IMG/VR virus record: IMGVR_UViG_3300025115_000004 | Span: 1 to 64,000 of that record | DNA from: a virus | DNA: 64,000 nucleotides | Reading direction: 5' to 3' (one strand) | Shown: in pieces, positions 7,808-16,159 of the stretch | Layout: every line of letters begins with the position of its first letter | Position numbering within the stretch: the stretch's first letter is position 1 | The notes under the pieces: model-generated | Seen by the model: only the letters and a program-made list of their open reading frames with translations | What the model was told of the DNA's origin: nothing | Database searches by the model: none | Translations under genes and position numbers: made by a program

Positions 7808-8113
7808 TTAGCATTTAACTATTTTACCTCCAAAACTTCTGGCCTTCTTGATAGCCTCCCCCTTGGTGTACATGAGGGCTTTCCCTCCCATAGCCAGATA
7901 ACCCTCTTCAGTCATCCTACCCTCAGAAATATTCTGCTTTGAGGTATTTCTGTCTGTAGGAAGTTGTACCCTATACAGTTGCTTTATCTCTGTAGTCTGC
8001 ATCCTGAAGGTACCATACATTGCAAGATGCCACACATGAATTCCTTCCGATGAGTTTACAGGGAGTTTGTCATCTGCAATGTCATACTCTAAAGTAACAA
8101 TTACTTTTTTCAT
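7808..8113 (-). CDS. Hypothetical early protein
   Basis: ORF track; TAGTTATG start. Confidence 0.7.
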   Translation of the reverse strand: MKKVIVTLEYDIADDKLPVNSSEGIHVWHLAMYGTFRMQTTEIKQLYRVQLPTDRNTSKQNISEGRMTEEGYLAMGGKALMYTKGEAIKKARSFGGKIVKC

Positions 8114-8115
8114 AA

Positions 8116-8352
8116 CTACTCTTGTTTTATGGTTATTAATCCTTTTCTTACCAGTACTTTACAGTACTGAATCCCAAACTGAACCAAGAAAGAGGCTCTG
8201 GTAGGATGTACTTCCATGTCACCGTCTTCCTTTACGATCATGGAATCATTAGATAATCTGGTCAGTCTCTGAGTCTCTCGCAGAGCCTCTTTAAGCAGTG
8301 GAATATCCTCCTTAGAGAAGGATAAAATTTCCGGTTCTTCTTTCTTACTCAT
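8116..8352 (-). CDS. Hypothetical early protein
   Basis: ORF track. Confidence 0.65.
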   Translation of the reverse strand: MSKKEEPEILSFSKEDIPLLKEALRETQRLTRLSNDSMIVKEDGDMEVHPTRASFLVQFGIQYCKVLVRKGLITIKQE

Positions 8353-8369
8353 ACATAACTATTTGGTTT

Positions 8370-8588
8370 TTAATTGACTAAAGAATTAACATCGATCATC
8401 ATTACCGGTTTATCACCGATATATGCCCATAGCTGTACACCACTAACGCCTTGATATTTAGCCTCATAGTGGAAATAACTTCGAAGTGCATGGCCTATGT
8501 GATAATAGACCTTCCTGCGATCCCATGCAGCCCCCATATGGGTGACCCTGAGACGATAGGTTACTGGAGTGTAAATCTCGTAAGACAT
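8370..8588 (-). CDS. Hypothetical early protein
   Basis: ORF track; TAGTTATG start. Confidence 0.7.
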   Translation of the reverse strand: MSYEIYTPVTYRLRVTHMGAAWDRRKVYYHIGHALRSYFHYEAKYQGVSGVQLWAYIGDKPVMMIDVNSLVN

Positions 8589-8613
8589 AACTAATTGATT
8601 TTAATTGATTTGT

Positions 8614-8654
8614 GCCTATCAGGGGAATCGAACCCCTGATGCAACCATTTAGGC
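8614..8654 (-). ncRNA. tRNA-like mini element 4
   Basis: GCCTA AATGGTTGC A TCAGGGG TTCGATT CCCCTGA TAGGC ACAA. Confidence 0.7.
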
Positions 8655-8992
8655 TACGATCTTTCACCTATCCAGATACTGATCTCATTGTGGTAAGAGA
8701 CCTCAACAATAAACTCGGCTGAGTAGAGACCAAGAATCCCCTCAGCCTCAGCCTCCATGCGGAAAGCAGCATGGTAATCATTAGCCCTCTTACACCCCTC
8801 AAGGAGTTTATAGGCTACAATATCACCAGACGTGAGGATATTACCCTCAGCGTCAAGTATTTCGATGACTTTCCAGTCACCTAATTCCTGATCCCATATC
8901 CGGCCAGTATTTCTGATCTTGATATGATCAGCCACGTGAAATGAGATACCCCACTTCTCGCTCGCTCTTGCAAGTACTTGATCTTTAGTCAC
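8654..8992 (-). CDS. Hypothetical early protein
   Basis: ORF track (GTG start). Confidence 0.6.
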   Translation of the reverse strand: MTKDQVLARASEKWGISFHVADHIKIRNTGRIWDQELGDWKVIEILDAEGNILTSGDIVAYKLLEGCKRANDYHAAFRMEAEAEGILGLYSAEFIVEVSYHNEISIWIGERS

Positions 8993-9030
8993 TGTACTAA
9001 CAGATTAATCTCTCGCACTATTGCGATTGT

Positions 9031-9072
9031 ACCGGAGGCTGGAGACGATCCAGCCCTAGCACCATGTCCGGT
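9031..9072 (-). ncRNA. tRNA-like mini element 5
   Basis: ACCGGA CATGGTGC TAG GGCTGG ATCGTCT CCAGCC TCCGGT ACAA. Confidence 0.7.
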
Positions 9073-9317
9073 CATTGTAAATACTCTTCCTGCTCTTTAA
9101 TGCGCTCAATCTCTGTTATTATGGCCTTGAAAGCCGTAGCAGGGATATTAATAGCCTTACCGCCCTGAGGATAGATTGTTACATCCATCACCGAGCCTTT
9201 GTTCAGGAAGCCGCCTGTATGGTTCTTTACAGGGGGTTTTACCTCTCTGAAGTACCATCTGATGACAACATCCTGTGCATCACCACTGTCGGTTGTAAAC
9301 TCTACTGCATTCTTCAT
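9072..9317 (-). CDS. Hypothetical early protein
   Basis: ORF track; TAGTTATG start. Confidence 0.7.
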   Translation of the reverse strand: MKNAVEFTTDSGDAQDVVIRWYFREVKPPVKNHTGGFLNKGSVMDVTIYPQGGKAINIPATAFKAIITEIERIKEQEEYLQ

Positions 9318-9358
9318 AACTACTTGAATTTAAGGTTTATACTTATTCATCATAGTAT

Positions 9359-9577
9359 TCATAACCATGTTTTTCTAACAATTTTAGGCTTCTTGTTAAC
9401 TAGTTGCCATTCTTCAAACCATTCTCCCCATTGACCTCTACGTGAACGGGTTACATACACTACACCATTTTTGCTCTCATTTAAGAGATTGCGCATAACT
9501 CTTTTTACATCTCTGTAAGTAGGATAGAAACAAGAGTTTTGTCCTACTTGTACCCAAGGTCTAAGCATTTTTGCCAT
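9359..9577 (-). CDS. Hypothetical early protein
   Basis: ORF track; TAGTTATG start. Confidence 0.7.
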   Translation of the reverse strand: MAKMLRPWVQVGQNSCFYPTYRDVKRVMRNLLNESKNGVVYVTRSRRGQWGEWFEEWQLVNKKPKIVRKTWL

Positions 9578-9602
9578 AACTATCTGATTTTAATTGGTTT
9601 GA

Positions 9603-9644
9603 ACCGGAAGAGGGAGTCGAACCCTCTTCATGCTCCTAGCCGGT
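9603..9644 (-). ncRNA. tRNA-like mini element 6
   Basis: ACCGG CTAGGAGC ATG AAGAGGG TTCGACT CCCTCTT CCGGT TCAA. Confidence 0.75.
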
Positions 9645-9654
9645 AAGTTGTTGA

Positions 9655-9972
9655 TTAATAAGCACTTTCTGACATCATTTGATTCTGTTCATAGGTAACA
9701 GATTCCCAGCTACCTTCCTCAGGATTAGTAAGATAGAAGAAATACTTCCTGAGTTGTTCTGCGATCTCATTTAACCGGTCATTATTTTCCCAGTCTGAGA
9801 TTGTACAATCATTGCACACCCTGCCCAGCATGCCACCGCCAAGGTAGTTCTGATAGGCTGTCATCTTTTCACCCTGAAAACCAAGGGTATCCAAAGTGAT
9901 CTCAATTCCACCGCCTCTGGACGATACTTTTTGCCTGAGGGTGATTTCTTCAAAATTAATGTTCTCGTTCAT
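9655..9972 (-). CDS. Hypothetical early protein
   Basis: ORF track; TAGTTATG start. Confidence 0.7.
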   Translation of the reverse strand: MNENINFEEITLRQKVSSRGGGIEITLDTLGFQGEKMTAYQNYLGGGMLGRVCNDCTISDWENNDRLNEIAEQLRKYFFYLTNPEEGSWESVTYEQNQMMSESAY

Positions 9973-9997
9973 AACTATCTGATTTAGTGTTGGTTTG

Positions 9998-10041
9998 AAC
10001 CCTGTCTGGGAAACGATCCCAGACTAGCTCCAAGCAGGGTT
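9998..10041 (-). ncRNA. tRNA-like mini element 7
   Basis: ACCCTG CTTGGAGC TAG TCTGGG ATCGTTT CCCAGA CAGGGT TCAA. Confidence 0.7.
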
Positions 10042-10321
10042 AAGTTGTAAGGTCTTCAAAATCAGTCTGTTGGGGGTCATAATACCCGCCATTGTGGTTA
10101 CACGCATTATGTATGGTAACTTCCTCACCTACATTTAGATGCGCTGTCCTGACTGTTCTTTTGTGTGCCACGGCTAATGCTCTGGCCAATGTACGGACGG
10201 TTGTCAGATGGCTCAGGTTGTTTTGATCGATTATCAGCGAATAAACAACGGGAACTTCATTCCAACCGTTCACCGGTGAGCCACTCAAATTTACCTGAAA
10301 TGTAACGACTTTCTTATTCAT
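10040..10321 (-). CDS. Hypothetical early protein
   Basis: ORF track; TAGTTATG start. Confidence 0.7.
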   Translation of the reverse strand: MNKKVVTFQVNLSGSPVNGWNEVPVVYSLIIDQNNLSHLTTVRTLARALAVAHKRTVRTAHLNVGEEVTIHNACNHNGGYYDPQQTDFEDLTT

Positions 10322-10351
10322 AACTACTTGAATTTAAGGTTAATAATTTGC

Positions 10352-10393
10352 GCTGAGGAAGGGACTCGAACCCTTCCTTGCACCATGCTCAGC
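10352..10393 (-). ncRNA. tRNA-like mini element 8
   Basis: GCTGA GCATGGTGC AA GGAAGGG TTCGAGT CCCTTCC TCAGC GCAA. Confidence 0.75.
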
Positions 10394-10667
10394 CTAGAAT
10401 CCTGATAGCCTCCATAACATCCTGTGTATCAGGCAGGGTGCCGTTGTTCAATCTGTCGATAACCACAATCAGGTTATCGGCATCTAGTTTGAATTGCACT
10501 ACCATGCCTTTGTTCCATACCTGTCCGTGACGGCCTTGGCAATGGCCTCTCCATGTGTAAGTTCCGGCCTTCCGATCGATACTGAGTTTACCGATATGAT
10601 TATGACCGATACCCCAGCCCCTGTGCCAGTCACTGCATCCCACTGTTGTTAACTTCTTTGCGCTCAT
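10389..10667 (-). CDS. Hypothetical early protein
   Basis: ORF track; TAGTTATG start. Confidence 0.7.
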   Translation of the reverse strand: MSAKKLTTVGCSDWHRGWGIGHNHIGKLSIDRKAGTYTWRGHCQGRHGQVWNKGMVVQFKLDADNLIVVIDRLNNGTLPDTQDVMEAIRILG

Positions 10668-10669
10668 AA

Positions 10670-10816
10670 CTACTTGGTTTTAAATTGGTTATACAATCTA
10701 TTACATTCATCACGATAATTCTGTTCCCTGATACGTTTAACAGCCTCATAGTGAGCTATTTCCGATGCTGTAGGTTTAACCTTAGCTTTGATCAGGATAT
10801 TTAGCAATTTCTTCAT
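10670..10816 (-). CDS. Hypothetical 48-aa early protein (below ORF-track cutoff)
   Basis: Manual translation MKKLLNILIKAKVKP...FKTK; TAG-TT-ATG junctions at both ends. Confidence 0.6.
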   Translation of the reverse strand: MKKLLNILIKAKVKPTASEIAHYEAVKRIREQNYRDECNRLYNQFKTK

Positions 10817-10818
10817 AA

Positions 10819-11199
10819 CTATCTGATTTTAATGGTTTTACCTTCTTTTACGTCCCATATGGCCTGCTGGTTATATTTTCGGCCTGCTTCAATCGCCTCA
10901 TTTAAGTCTAAAATATTGGCAGACAGATCAATATAAACCTCACCATCATTTACCCATGCCCCTAAATATACCCCTGTTTGGAGAATACCCGCATTTGATT
11001 TGCACACTGTCAGGATATCTCCCTGAGTCAGTTCGTTAACCGGTTTGTTCATACAACCGTGAAAACCTACCATGTAACCAGCCTGTGGCCTCCTTCCGGC
11101 TATATTCAGGCTGCATCCATTATCCCTTTGGATTGTGTTAAACACATTTATAGCCAAGGAGTTAACGGCCAGTTGATTCATAAATGAATAACGTCTCAT
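10819..11199 (-). CDS. Conserved phage protein (start reassigned to ATG 11199)
   Basis: Motif GAW..G.VYID.S...EA...G..YNQ.AIWD; TAGTTATG start; the longer track ORF runs into RNA element 9. Confidence 0.65.
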   Translation of the reverse strand: MRRYSFMNQLAVNSLAINVFNTIQRDNGCSLNIAGRRPQAGYMVGFHGCMNKPVNELTQGDILTVCKSNAGILQTGVYLGAWVNDGEVYIDLSANILDLNEAIEAGRKYNQQAIWDVKEGKTIKIR

Positions 11200-11224
11200 A
11201 ACTAATTGATTTTTAATGATTTGC

Positions 11225-11266
11225 ACCCTGCACCGGACTCGAACCGGTGCCAGCACCATGCAGGGT
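11225..11266 (-). ncRNA. tRNA-like mini element 9
   Basis: ACCCT GCATGGTGC TG GCACCGG TTCGAGT CCGGTGC AGGGT GCAA. Confidence 0.75.
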
Positions 11267-11269
11267 TAA

Positions 11270-11452
11270 CTATTTGAATATCAGTGTGGTACCAACCACA
11301 TACGCCTCGCTGTAGGCATTTTCAACCAGTATTGACCGGCCGTTACTCAAAAGTACTTCATGATCACCATTGTGACCTGTAACTGTCACTGTTTCAGTGT
11401 GTTTGCAGGCTACTATAGCAACCAGCAAACAGATAAGGATCAATTGCTTCAT
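11270..11452 (-). CDS. Putative small lipoprotein
   Basis: Signal peptide ending ...AIVAC (lipobox-like). Confidence 0.55.
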   Translation of the reverse strand: MKQLILICLLVAIVACKHTETVTVTGHNGDHEVLLSNGRSILVENAYSEAYVVGTTLIFK

Positions 11453-11454
11453 AA

Positions 11455-12066
11455 CTAACTGATTTCTAGGATTAACTGAAAATTAGTCTTCTTAATTCTA
11501 CGCCATATCACCCATGTTGCTGACTGCATTATCAGCGGGTTTACGTTAACTTTTGCTGCAGCATGCCGGTAACAGTCACTGAAGAATTTATACTGCTTTG
11601 CAGTCATTGCATACTCCCTGTCTCCTATATTGCGGCCTAAAGCTATCGCCAGTGCATGCCGGTCAATTGTCAGGCTAATGGCCTTGTCAGGGTACCTGAT
11701 ATTGAGGTAAAAGCTAGATATTTTTGCACCCTTTAGAATCTTAAGTATTTCTTTTTCAGTACCTTGCGAGGCCAGTATCTGCCTGCCTTTGCTTTTAAAT
11801 GACTCCATATGACCGCAATTACCTGTATACCAGAAGTCTGCAGCCAGTTTCTTATTCTGCTCCCATGTTTTTAAGGGACTGAAGCATGCAATTAACCCGC
11901 AAAACTTATTTACTTCTAACTCATTGGCAGTAAAGGTTTTAGCAAAGGTTAACGCCTCATTGTACCAGTCATACCTGTCGGCATCGCTGGTTAAGTTCCA
12001 GATTTTCAGGATGTTATTAACAGCCTTTGTTCTGGTTAACTGTTTGGTTTTGAATACCTGTTTCAT
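11455..12066 (-). CDS. HhH DNA-glycosylase-like phage protein (start reassigned to ATG 12066)
   Basis: WY..A, IACFSP..TW..N, GAKISSFY.NI, TIDRHA, QSATW motifs of a widespread phage HhH-like family. Confidence 0.55.
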   Translation of the reverse strand: MKQVFKTKQLTRTKAVNNILKIWNLTSDADRYDWYNEALTFAKTFTANELEVNKFCGLIACFSPLKTWEQNKKLAADFWYTGNCGHMESFKSKGRQILASQGTEKEILKILKGAKISSFYLNIRYPDKAISLTIDRHALAIALGRNIGDREYAMTAKQYKFFSDCYRHAAAKVNVNPLIMQSATWVIWRRIKKTNFQLILEIS

Positions 12067-12088
12067 TTTTGCTGGTTTTAAAGTTTGT

Positions 12089-12130
12089 AGCATGGGCAGG
12101 AATCGAACCTGCCCCAGTACCATACATGCT
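12089..12130 (-). ncRNA. tRNA-like mini element 10
   Basis: AGCAT GTATGGTAC TG GGGCAGG TTCGATT CCTGCCC ATGCT ACAA. Confidence 0.75.
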
Positions 12131-12139
12131 GATAATCAA

Positions 12140-12286
12140 TTACTTCCTGTGGCCTTTCAGGTTTGCATAAACAGGCTTATTTTCACCAGTTTTAACCGAT
12201 TTTTTAACCTGTTTCTTGGCATATCCATGAAAACCTTTGTCAATCAGGTTGTTCACCTGTACCGGATTGTTAACTTTCCTTGTCAT
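12140..12286 (-). CDS. First small basic early protein (48 aa; start reassigned to 12286)
   Basis: TAGTTATG start context; MTRKVNN... Confidence 0.55.
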   Translation of the reverse strand: MTRKVNNPVQVNNLIDKGFHGYAKKQVKKSVKTGENKPVYANLKGHRK

Positions 12287-12314
12287 AACTATCTGAGTTT
12301 TAGTGAATAATTGT

Positions 12315-12357
12315 GGCCAGTCCTCAATCGAATGAGCACAGCTAAACTGCACTGGCC
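12315..12357 (-). ncRNA. Divergent tRNA-like element 11
   Basis: GGCCAGT...CTCA TTCGATT GAG G ACTGGCC ACAA. Confidence 0.45.
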
Positions 12358-12562
12358 TGTAGTTATGCGGCTAACACGTTGAAACCAAACGGTTTGCAAG
12401 TCTCAAAGCTACTTTTTTTATCTCCGGAACCTTGTAACCTCAGCTAGTTTGCCTTGGAGTTGACTGTCAGACAATTAAGCCTTTTTAGAACCGCTTCACA
12501 GCGGGATAACAGCCAGTTTTAAACCAGATCGCACCTATTTAATCGCGTGTCCGCCTGTCAGC

Positions 12563-12612
12563 ATGTCAAAGAACTGACACAAATATACGGCACCGAAAAT
12601 GGCAATGTCAAA
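12563..12612 (-). promoter_or_regulatory. Early promoter (TTTG-21 nt-TATATTTG) followed by boxA-like GTTCTTTGACAT
   Basis: -33 TTTG at 12609-12612, -7 TATATTTG at 12580-12587, boxA-like element at 12563-12574. Confidence 0.65.
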
Positions 12613-12618
12613 CCTGAT

Positions 12619-13550
12619 TATCAGCGAGTTACAAAGGTTTTGAGCTCAATTTGAGCCGAATTCTGCGCGGTTAATCGAGTGACAGTCAGCGAGTTAGACG
12701 CAATTTCACGCCTAAACAACTAGGTTTGCAAAAATGTAAATGTTAAAAAATGTTAAAAATAATGTGGGTGCTGCGAAACTGGCTGCAAATCAATGAGTTG
12801 TCAGGTCAAAAATTTTTCAAAATATTTCGATGCAGGTTAACAAACTAGGTGCGAAATAGGCCGAAATTAGCCTGCAGATATGTTAACGAAAACCCTAGTT
12901 ATATAACTAAAAAGTTCGTTGATAGCAACTACCTGAGTGACTGTATGTTATGTGCGAATTTGTGCGCTATTTATATGTATTTCAATATAATATTTTCCTA
13001 TCTGCATGCATCAGTGCTGATGAGCTAATATATTAAATATCAATCAGTTAACAATATTGACCGATAACACACATTATGTTAAATAGAATTGTATCGAATT
13101 GAATATCAATGAATTAAGTGGCGGGAGCGGGTGAAGCAAGCCGAGCGAAATCAAATCGAGTTTCCTTTCCCAGACCCCCACCCCCTCACACACCCCAATA
13201 GTCCACCGCGTATGGAAACTTCGTTTCCCGGGCGGTACCCCTTATTTCCTCTCCTATACACCCCCATGAGGAAAATATACCTCATACCCCACCCCCTTTC
13301 ATATGAAGAGACTAGTATCATAGAGAAATATTCTATAAACCTTATACAGGTCTATAAAGTACCTGTACACCCCACAGATAGAAATATCAAATTTACCTCA
13401 TCACGCTTCGCGTGATACCGGCCATTTAAAAGATCACACCTCCCGGGAGAGTACCATACCAGAAATGTGAGAAAGTGTCTTAAATCGCCTTATTTTAAGT
13501 CGTCTTAACGAATGTCTTAGTTATATAACTAAAGTCTTAGTTATAGTAAC
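12619..13550. other. Non-coding control region with IHF-like sites and TAGTTATATAACTA palindromes; candidate genome terminus or origin
   Basis: WATCAANNNNTTR matches at 12788, 13038, 13104; near-matches at 12619, 12684; palindromes at 12896 and 13517. Confidence 0.45.
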
Positions 13551-14277
13551 CTGCTGATAACCAGATATATACAAAGGAAAAGGGGGCCGGGAAGCCCCCA
13601 AAATACCCCGGCCATACCAATTAACCTGAAAAGAGACGAAAAAGATTCCGAAAACCGGGGATGATTAACCTAAACCTCCCCAAAGATAACTAAAAAGACC
13701 CAACCTGCAACAAATCCCGGGAAAATTTTGCATATTTGCAACAAATCCCCACATAATTTTGCACATGAAGAAGATCCAGTACATCATAATCCACAAAAAT
13801 ACAACCCCCAAAACAGCCGAAATCACCAAATCAATACAGGAAACCACCCGGCATACCCCCAAAACCAGCCCGTGGACCCTGTATAGAACCCTGCAACGTG
13901 ATAAGTTCTTCCAAAATGAATATGTAGAGATATATAGAGTGGAGAGATAGAAAAACATCTTTTACATACTGTCATAAAAGGGAAACCCCCGGGTTTGTTT
14001 TCCGGAGGTCTCTGGCAATGAAAGAAAGGAGGGCTGGGAAAAATCAAAGTTTTAAAACATACTTCATCAATAGATGACCCGCGTAAGCAACTGTCGCGAT
14101 ACCGGCTACCCAAAGCTCACCCACTACATTGATCTGCTCAGCAGCTGTAGCGAATAGTAAAAGCAGAAGAACCAGAACTGCAAAATCTACTATGACCTGA
14201 CGTTTTTTCATCGTATGAGTTGTTAAACGTTACAAAGGTAATAATAAAAATGATTCCACCAAACAAATCAGAGAAAA

Positions 14278-14722
14278 TTATTCATCAAAAGGATACAAAA
14301 TATAACAATAAACCCAGAAGGGGATCGTAGTAGTCTGTACGGTATGATAAACCGTGCCCGGGTTAGGAATAGGAGTAGCATACCACGAACCATTAGAGCC
14401 AATCGTTATTTGATCAATCCATGATGAAGCAGCTGCGCAGTAAGGACAGGGGTAAGAATCCACCAAAAACATATCCACGATCTGATCAGAAAGATCATAA
14501 TACTTGAAATAACCGCAGGAAGAACAACTAGTCATATGTACTTCCACCTGTTCTCCCTCGCAGAATTCAGTCCCCGAAGTCCCCGGAGGTAGAGTTCTAC
14601 ATGCCCAACAATCACTTCCCACAGGAGGATCATCAGGAGCCGATACATAATTCGATGAAGAAGCACCCATCAGGGCTATCATCACCAACATTCCGAAAAA
14701 ATAAAATCATTCTGTTTTTCAT
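14278..14722 (-). pseudogene. Secreted Cys-rich protein with a 1-nt frameshift in a T6 tract (or sequencing error)
   Basis: TAGTTATG start at 14722 (MKNRMILFF) is 31 nt from the ORF-track start at 14691; removing one base of A6 at 14696-14701 gives a complete signal peptide. Confidence 0.5.
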
Positions 14723-14773
14723 AACTAATTGAATTTGAAGTTAATAATAAAATAGAGAAATAGTATTATGTTG

Positions 14774-14956
14774 TTATCTCTTTCCTTTTTTAGGTTTTAT
14801 GCAGGTCAACCAAGATGTTCCTGTAAAAATCATGAACGATTTTTTATCTGCATGATGTTCAACGATTCCTGTCATGCCGAAATATGGACTTGTTCTGTCA
14901 TCGTGGGTATAGATGCTTCCTTCAGGTGGTAACTCTATTTTTCTTTTAAAACACAT
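14774..14956 (-). CDS. Hypothetical protein
   Basis: ORF track. Confidence 0.55.
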   Translation of the reverse strand: MCFKRKIELPPEGSIYTHDDRTSPYFGMTGIVEHHADKKSFMIFTGTSWLTCIKPKKGKR

Positions 14957-14967
14957 ATCTCTTTCCT

Positions 14968-15879
14968 TTAAGGGTTATTAAAGCCTCCATTGGGATACCA
15001 CTTGTTCGTGTCTGATGTATCTTCTTTCTCCTCTTCCTGCAAGGCAGGGTTAAGTTTCATCTGTTCACGCATCCACATTGCGCCCATAGTGAAATACTCG
15101 GGAGCAACATTCCCAAGAAATCGCTTGTCGCACTCTTTTTTTATCTCCTCATCTGTCGGGAGGGATGGGGAGGCAATCTCCCTGTATTTCTTCAATGCCT
15201 GACAGAATGCCCAGTGTTCACGTTGTAAGTCCTTGTCATTAAGACAGGTTTCTATCATTCTTTCAAGATAATTTACGTAATCTCCTGTCATCTCCCCGCC
15301 TTTGTCTGGGAACAATGACGTTCCTGCAAATTTTGAAAATCTGTCTTCTGGCTCCTCCCATTTGTCTCTGGAGGAGAAGGAAGGGTAGTTGTTACCACAG
15401 CACCTACAATGTAATTCTTTTTTGCCTGTGTCTCCACACTGAGGGCATTCGAGTTTCATCTCCCCCCCTTGCGGCTTCTGGGAGGCGATTTGAGCATCAT
15501 CTCCTAAGTAATGCAAGCACGCTGCTCTTACCATCTCTTTATCGGGATGCCGAAGCATATACGGATGCAAGTCTTTAATTGAGTTAAAAGAATGGATATT
15601 ATCGCCAAACTGCTCTTTGATCTTCTGGGAGGCGTGTTCTTCCATTGCTGCGAGTGCCTCTGATGCTCTTACAATAGCTTTTGGGTTGCCGATATCTGAA
15701 CCGTAATTCTTGGAGTGTTTACCCAAGATTTCTTTCGCGGTCATCGGCTTCTCAACCTCGGATGAGGGGGAGAGGGATGACATTAATTCTTTTGCTCTCC
15801 TTTTAACCCATGTCGGTTCTCCGTTGATATCATCCATTCTTGAGCAATCACTTAAAAATGCCATTAACTTGTTTTTCAT
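14968..15879 (-). CDS. Mosaic hypothetical protein with internal Zn-ribbon and repeated junction motifs
   Basis: ORF track; CPQC...CRCC; repeated ASQK and GGEM motifs. Confidence 0.65.
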   Translation of the reverse strand: MKNKLMAFLSDCSRMDDINGEPTWVKRRAKELMSSLSPSSEVEKPMTAKEILGKHSKNYGSDIGNPKAIVRASEALAAMEEHASQKIKEQFGDNIHSFNSIKDLHPYMLRHPDKEMVRAACLHYLGDDAQIASQKPQGGEMKLECPQCGDTGKKELHCRCCGNNYPSFSSRDKWEEPEDRFSKFAGTSLFPDKGGEMTGDYVNYLERMIETCLNDKDLQREHWAFCQALKKYREIASPSLPTDEEIKKECDKRFLGNVAPEYFTMGAMWMREQMKLNPALQEEEKEDTSDTNKWYPNGGFNNP

Positions 15880-16058
15880 GTCTCTGTTTTTAGAAGTTCA
15901 AAATGACAATCATGTGTCACACAATGAGGAAATCCGTACTCCTCGTGGTTGTCACACATGTACTTATATCTGTGAAACTCACACTGCTCACATCCCGGTT
16001 CAGTCACAGGATCAATCACTACTTTATACGTCTCTTTTCCCAGCCTAACATTTTCCAT
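15876..16058 (-). CDS. Small Cys-rich protein
   Basis: GCEQCEF...C...C pattern; ATGA overlap. Confidence 0.6.
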   Translation of the reverse strand: MENVRLGKETYKVVIDPVTEPGCEQCEFHRYKYMCDNHEEYGFPHCVTHDCHFELLKTET

Positions 16059-16159
16059 ACTTAAACAATTAATAACGCAAATTTACTATTCATATCTGAC
16101 AATACCAAATAAAAATGCCGGAAATTTCTCTCTGGCATAACAATTTCAGAAAAATATAA

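Noticed and set aside
5070-12130. Genuine tRNA genes suggested by GGTTCGA.TCC T-loops
   Set aside because: Elements are ~42 nt with no anticodon arm, so they cannot decode; reported as tRNA-like elements.
5070-12130. Intrinsic terminators or integrase att sites as the explanation for the same elements
   Set aside because: No U-tract follows on the coding strand (the tail is NCAA), and primary sequence varies too much for shared att cores.
13131-14113. ORF-track calls in the non-coding control region
   Set aside because: Non-ATG or weak starts, low-complexity skewed composition, mutually overlapping, and lacking the start context of real genes here.
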